In this document: piece after piece, positions 61,941 to 64,000 of the stretch
Layout: each line of letters begins with the position of its first letter
Numbering within the stretch: position 1 is the first letter of the stretch
NCBI GenBank assembly: GCA_964417895.1
Contig: CAYQJS010000004.1
Coordinates: forward strand, 51,724 to 115,723
Length of the DNA stretch: 64,000 bases
Source of the DNA: an uncultured Chloroflexota bacterium
GTDB taxonomy: Bacteria; Chloroflexota; UBA6077; SHYK01
Direction: 5' to 3'
Notes under the pieces: model-generated
What the model saw: the letters and a program-made list of their open reading frames with translations, nothing else
The model's database searches: none
Told to the model about the DNA's origin: nothing
Translations under genes and position numbers: made by a program

Positions 61941-62690
61941 TCACTCAGCTATAGGCGCGTAACGCTTGCGTGCCACGATGAAATGAGAGATGCCCAATGC
62001 CCGCAGAGCTGTCCGCTCGGCCAGTTCTGTGCCGCTCTGGAGCAAGCGCCCGACCAGGGGGTGCCTTTCGGCGACGTTGTCGAATGCAGGGTAGATGTGG
62101 GAGCAGGCTGTGAACTCCACGTCGAGACCGTGAAAGAGCTTCTTGATTCCCCGTCGTGTGTAGACGCGGACGTGGTGGCAGAAGACGTTGCGGATCGGGT
62201 CGGGCATGTAGTTGACCATCGGGAGGAGCCGGAAGATGAACCGCTTCCCGATGAAGAAGCCGTGTGTCTCGAACGGGTACATCCGGTTTGGGGCGAAGAT
62301 AACCACTTCGCCCCCGGGGCGAAGGCAGCGCACCGCCTCTCGCACGGTAGCTTCATCGCTGGTGACGTGCTCGATAACCTCGTGCAGAAGGATCACGTCG
62401 AAGGTCTCGTTGAGGAGCGGGAGAGCCTCCGCCCGCGCCCGCACGATGTTGGGGAGCTTCCGCGCGGCGCTCTGTACCTTCTCATCGTCGACGTCGATCC
62501 CGTACACGTACGGAGAGAACTGGCGGAACTTGCTCACATAGGTCCCGATTCCGCACCCCACGTCGAGGATGCGCCTCCCCTCGAGGGCGACGTGGCGACG
62601 GATGAGGTCCAACCGTCGATCCTGCCCGCGGCGCCAGACGTAGCTGGGATGCCCCAGAGAGATGAACTTGTCCGGCGCTCTGGCGGCCAC
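61941..62690 (-). CDS. class I SAM-dependent methyltransferase
   Basis: ILDVGCGIGTYV...YGIDVD...DVILLHEVIEHV; GTG 62690 after aagggggg; the longer track ORF would overlap the divergent MFS gene. Confidence 0.8.
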   Translation of the reverse strand: MAARAPDKFISLGHPSYVWRRGQDRRLDLIRRHVALEGRRILDVGCGIGTYVSKFRQFSPYVYGIDVDDEKVQSAARKLPNIVRARAEALPLLNETFDVILLHEVIEHVTSDEATVREAVRCLRPGGEVVIFAPNRMYPFETHGFFIGKRFIFRLLPMVNYMPDPIRNVFCHHVRVYTRRGIKKLFHGLDVEFTACSHIYPAFDNVAERHPLVGRLLQSGTELAERTALRALGISHFIVARKRYAPIAE

Positions 62691-62849
62691 AAGCCCCCCT
62701 TTCGGCTTTCTCGCACAGCGTAGCAAACCGCGAAGTGCCGGATAAAGGCCAAAGAGCCCGATTGCCAGTATTCTTGATGGGTCGCGCAGCAAACACGCAG
62801 GTGAGCCATCGCCATCGCCGAACCTCGCTCGGCCCTGAAGCCGTTCCAC

Positions 62850-64000
62850 GTGCTCGTGCTTGTCCTGGGGGGGACGGCCATGTCCCTCGCGGGCTTCAAC
62901 CTGAGCTGGCTTGGTTTCGCGCTCGCGGAATTGCGGGAGGCATGGTCGCTGGAACCCTGGCAGCTCAGCCTACCCATGGTGGCCTCGGCGATTGGCGGAA
63001 TCTGCGGTTCCGCGGCGGGTGGGCAACTGGCCGACCGCTTTGGTCGACGAGGGGTATTCCAGATCGCTATCGCGGGGTGCGCCCTGGGGACGTTGCTGAG
63101 CGCCGGCGCACCCAATCTTGGTGGGTTGGTTGTGGGACAGATGATCCTGGGCGCCGGTGTGACGGGTATGACGCCCGCGGCGACGTCCCTTGTCACCGAG
63201 ATCGCGCCGACGGGGGCCAGGGGACGCCTCACTGCGCTGCTGGAGACATTCTGGGTGCTCGGCACCCTACTGGCGGCGATCAGCGCCTATCTGTTGATCC
63301 CGCTCATGGGCTGGCGGGGGGCGATGGCTCTGGGCGCCCTGGCACTGCTGTACATCTGGGTGGTGCGGGGGTCGATCCCGGAATCCCCCCGCTTCCTGGT
63401 TGCTCGGGGGTACATTGCCGATGCGTTCGCTCTACGCGACCGCTTGGCGGTGCGTTGGGGCGTCGACGTGGCGCTTCCTATGGCGGAAGCGCGCCCGGGG
63501 CTCCCGCTCGGCGTGGCCGGACGGCTGCGCGAGCTGTGGTCTCCGGCGTACCGCCAGCGGACCCTGGTCTTGTGGTGCCTGTGGTTCGTCCTGGTGTTCA
63601 TCTATCGGGGAGTCTTCACCTGGCTCCCGACGCTGCTGATCCTCGTCGGCCAGACGGCGCATGATGCCCGCTTCTCGCTCGTCCTCATCACGCTGGCGCA
63701 GCTCCCCGGAACTCTCGTCGCCGCGATGCTCGTGGACCGGGTCGGGCGCAAACCCCTTCTGGTCGTCGGGCTGGGGGCGGCCAGCTTGGCGGCGCTCGTG
63801 TTCGGGTTGGTGGCGGAAACCGCTATCATCGCCGTACTTGTCGGCGCGGCGATGAGCGCCTTCTTTATGGGCGGTTACAGCGCCGGGCTGGTCTATACGC
63901 CGGAGCTCTACCCGACGCGGGCGCGAGCGACCGGTGTTGGGATGGCATCGTCCTTCGGTCGCATCGCCGCCATTCTTGCCCCGCCAACGGTGAGCGGCCT
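62850..64000 (+). CDS. MFS transporter (sugar-porter-like), 3' end outside window; absent from the ORF track
   Basis: Frame opens after TGA at 62802; ...GQLADRFGRRGVFQ..., PESPRFL, VDRVGRKPLL, PELYPTRARATG; no stop before the window end; start GTG 62850 (or CTG 62835). Confidence 0.8.
   Translation, partial: MLVLVLGGTAMSLAGFNLSWLGFALAELREAWSLEPWQLSLPMVASAIGGICGSAAGGQLADRFGRRGVFQIAIAGCALGTLLSAGAPNLGGLVVGQMILGAGVTGMTPAATSLVTEIAPTGARGRLTALLETFWVLGTLLAAISAYLLIPLMGWRGAMALGALALLYIWVVRGSIPESPRFLVARGYIADAFALRDRLAVRWGVDVALPMAEARPGLPLGVAGRLRELWSPAYRQRTLVLWCLWFVLVFIYRGVFTWLPTLLILVGQTAHDARFSLVLITLAQLPGTLVAAMLVDRVGRKPLLVVGLGAASLAALVFGLVAETAIIAVLVGAAMSAFFMGGYSAGLVYTPELYPTRARATGVGMASSFGRIAAILAPPTVSG

Overview
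A 64 kb, gene-dense chromosomal segment of a high-GC bacterium (about two-thirds G+C by eye). The lineage is not identifiable from the sequence alone. The repeat families, the GH57-type glycogen genes and the rpsO-pnp...dapB-asd-dapA order suggest a Terrabacteria or Chloroflexota-like organism (low-confidence inference). The core content is housekeeping: rpsO-pnp, dapB-asd-dapA, fumC, pfkA, a ParA-like gene overlapping ftsZ, glgA flanked by two GH57 genes, and tRNA-Cys. There are also many oxidoreductase, amidohydrolase and transporter genes, and a divergent oxygenase-rich catabolic cluster (24.6-31.8 kb). Four things stand out. (1) Tandem HEPTANUCLEOTIDE arrays are pervasive, often as inverted pairs that abut or include start and stop codons. 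There are also at least four families of REP/MITE-like hairpin repeats, one nested inside another, and several of them are translated into gene termini. (2) A lower-GC accessory island (about 2.0-8.5 kb) ends at an integrase remnant. It carries a SIR2-like putative NADase, an overlapping J-domain/LRR gene pair and an uncharacterised two-gene operon, next to a truncated type III PKS and a broken UbiA-like gene. (3) A decayed integration scar lies next to tRNA-Cys, and a toxin-antitoxin-rich patch contains gene remnants. (4) There are recoding or annotation oddities. Three genes have conserved N-termini that begin at CTG codons. A rhodanese ORF is interrupted by an in-frame TGA two codons after its active-site Cys. 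A DUF488 gene is frameshifted. An MFS gene that runs off the window end is absent from the ORF track. No CRISPR array, rRNA or intact transposase was seen. All domain calls come from motif recognition by eye, not from searches.
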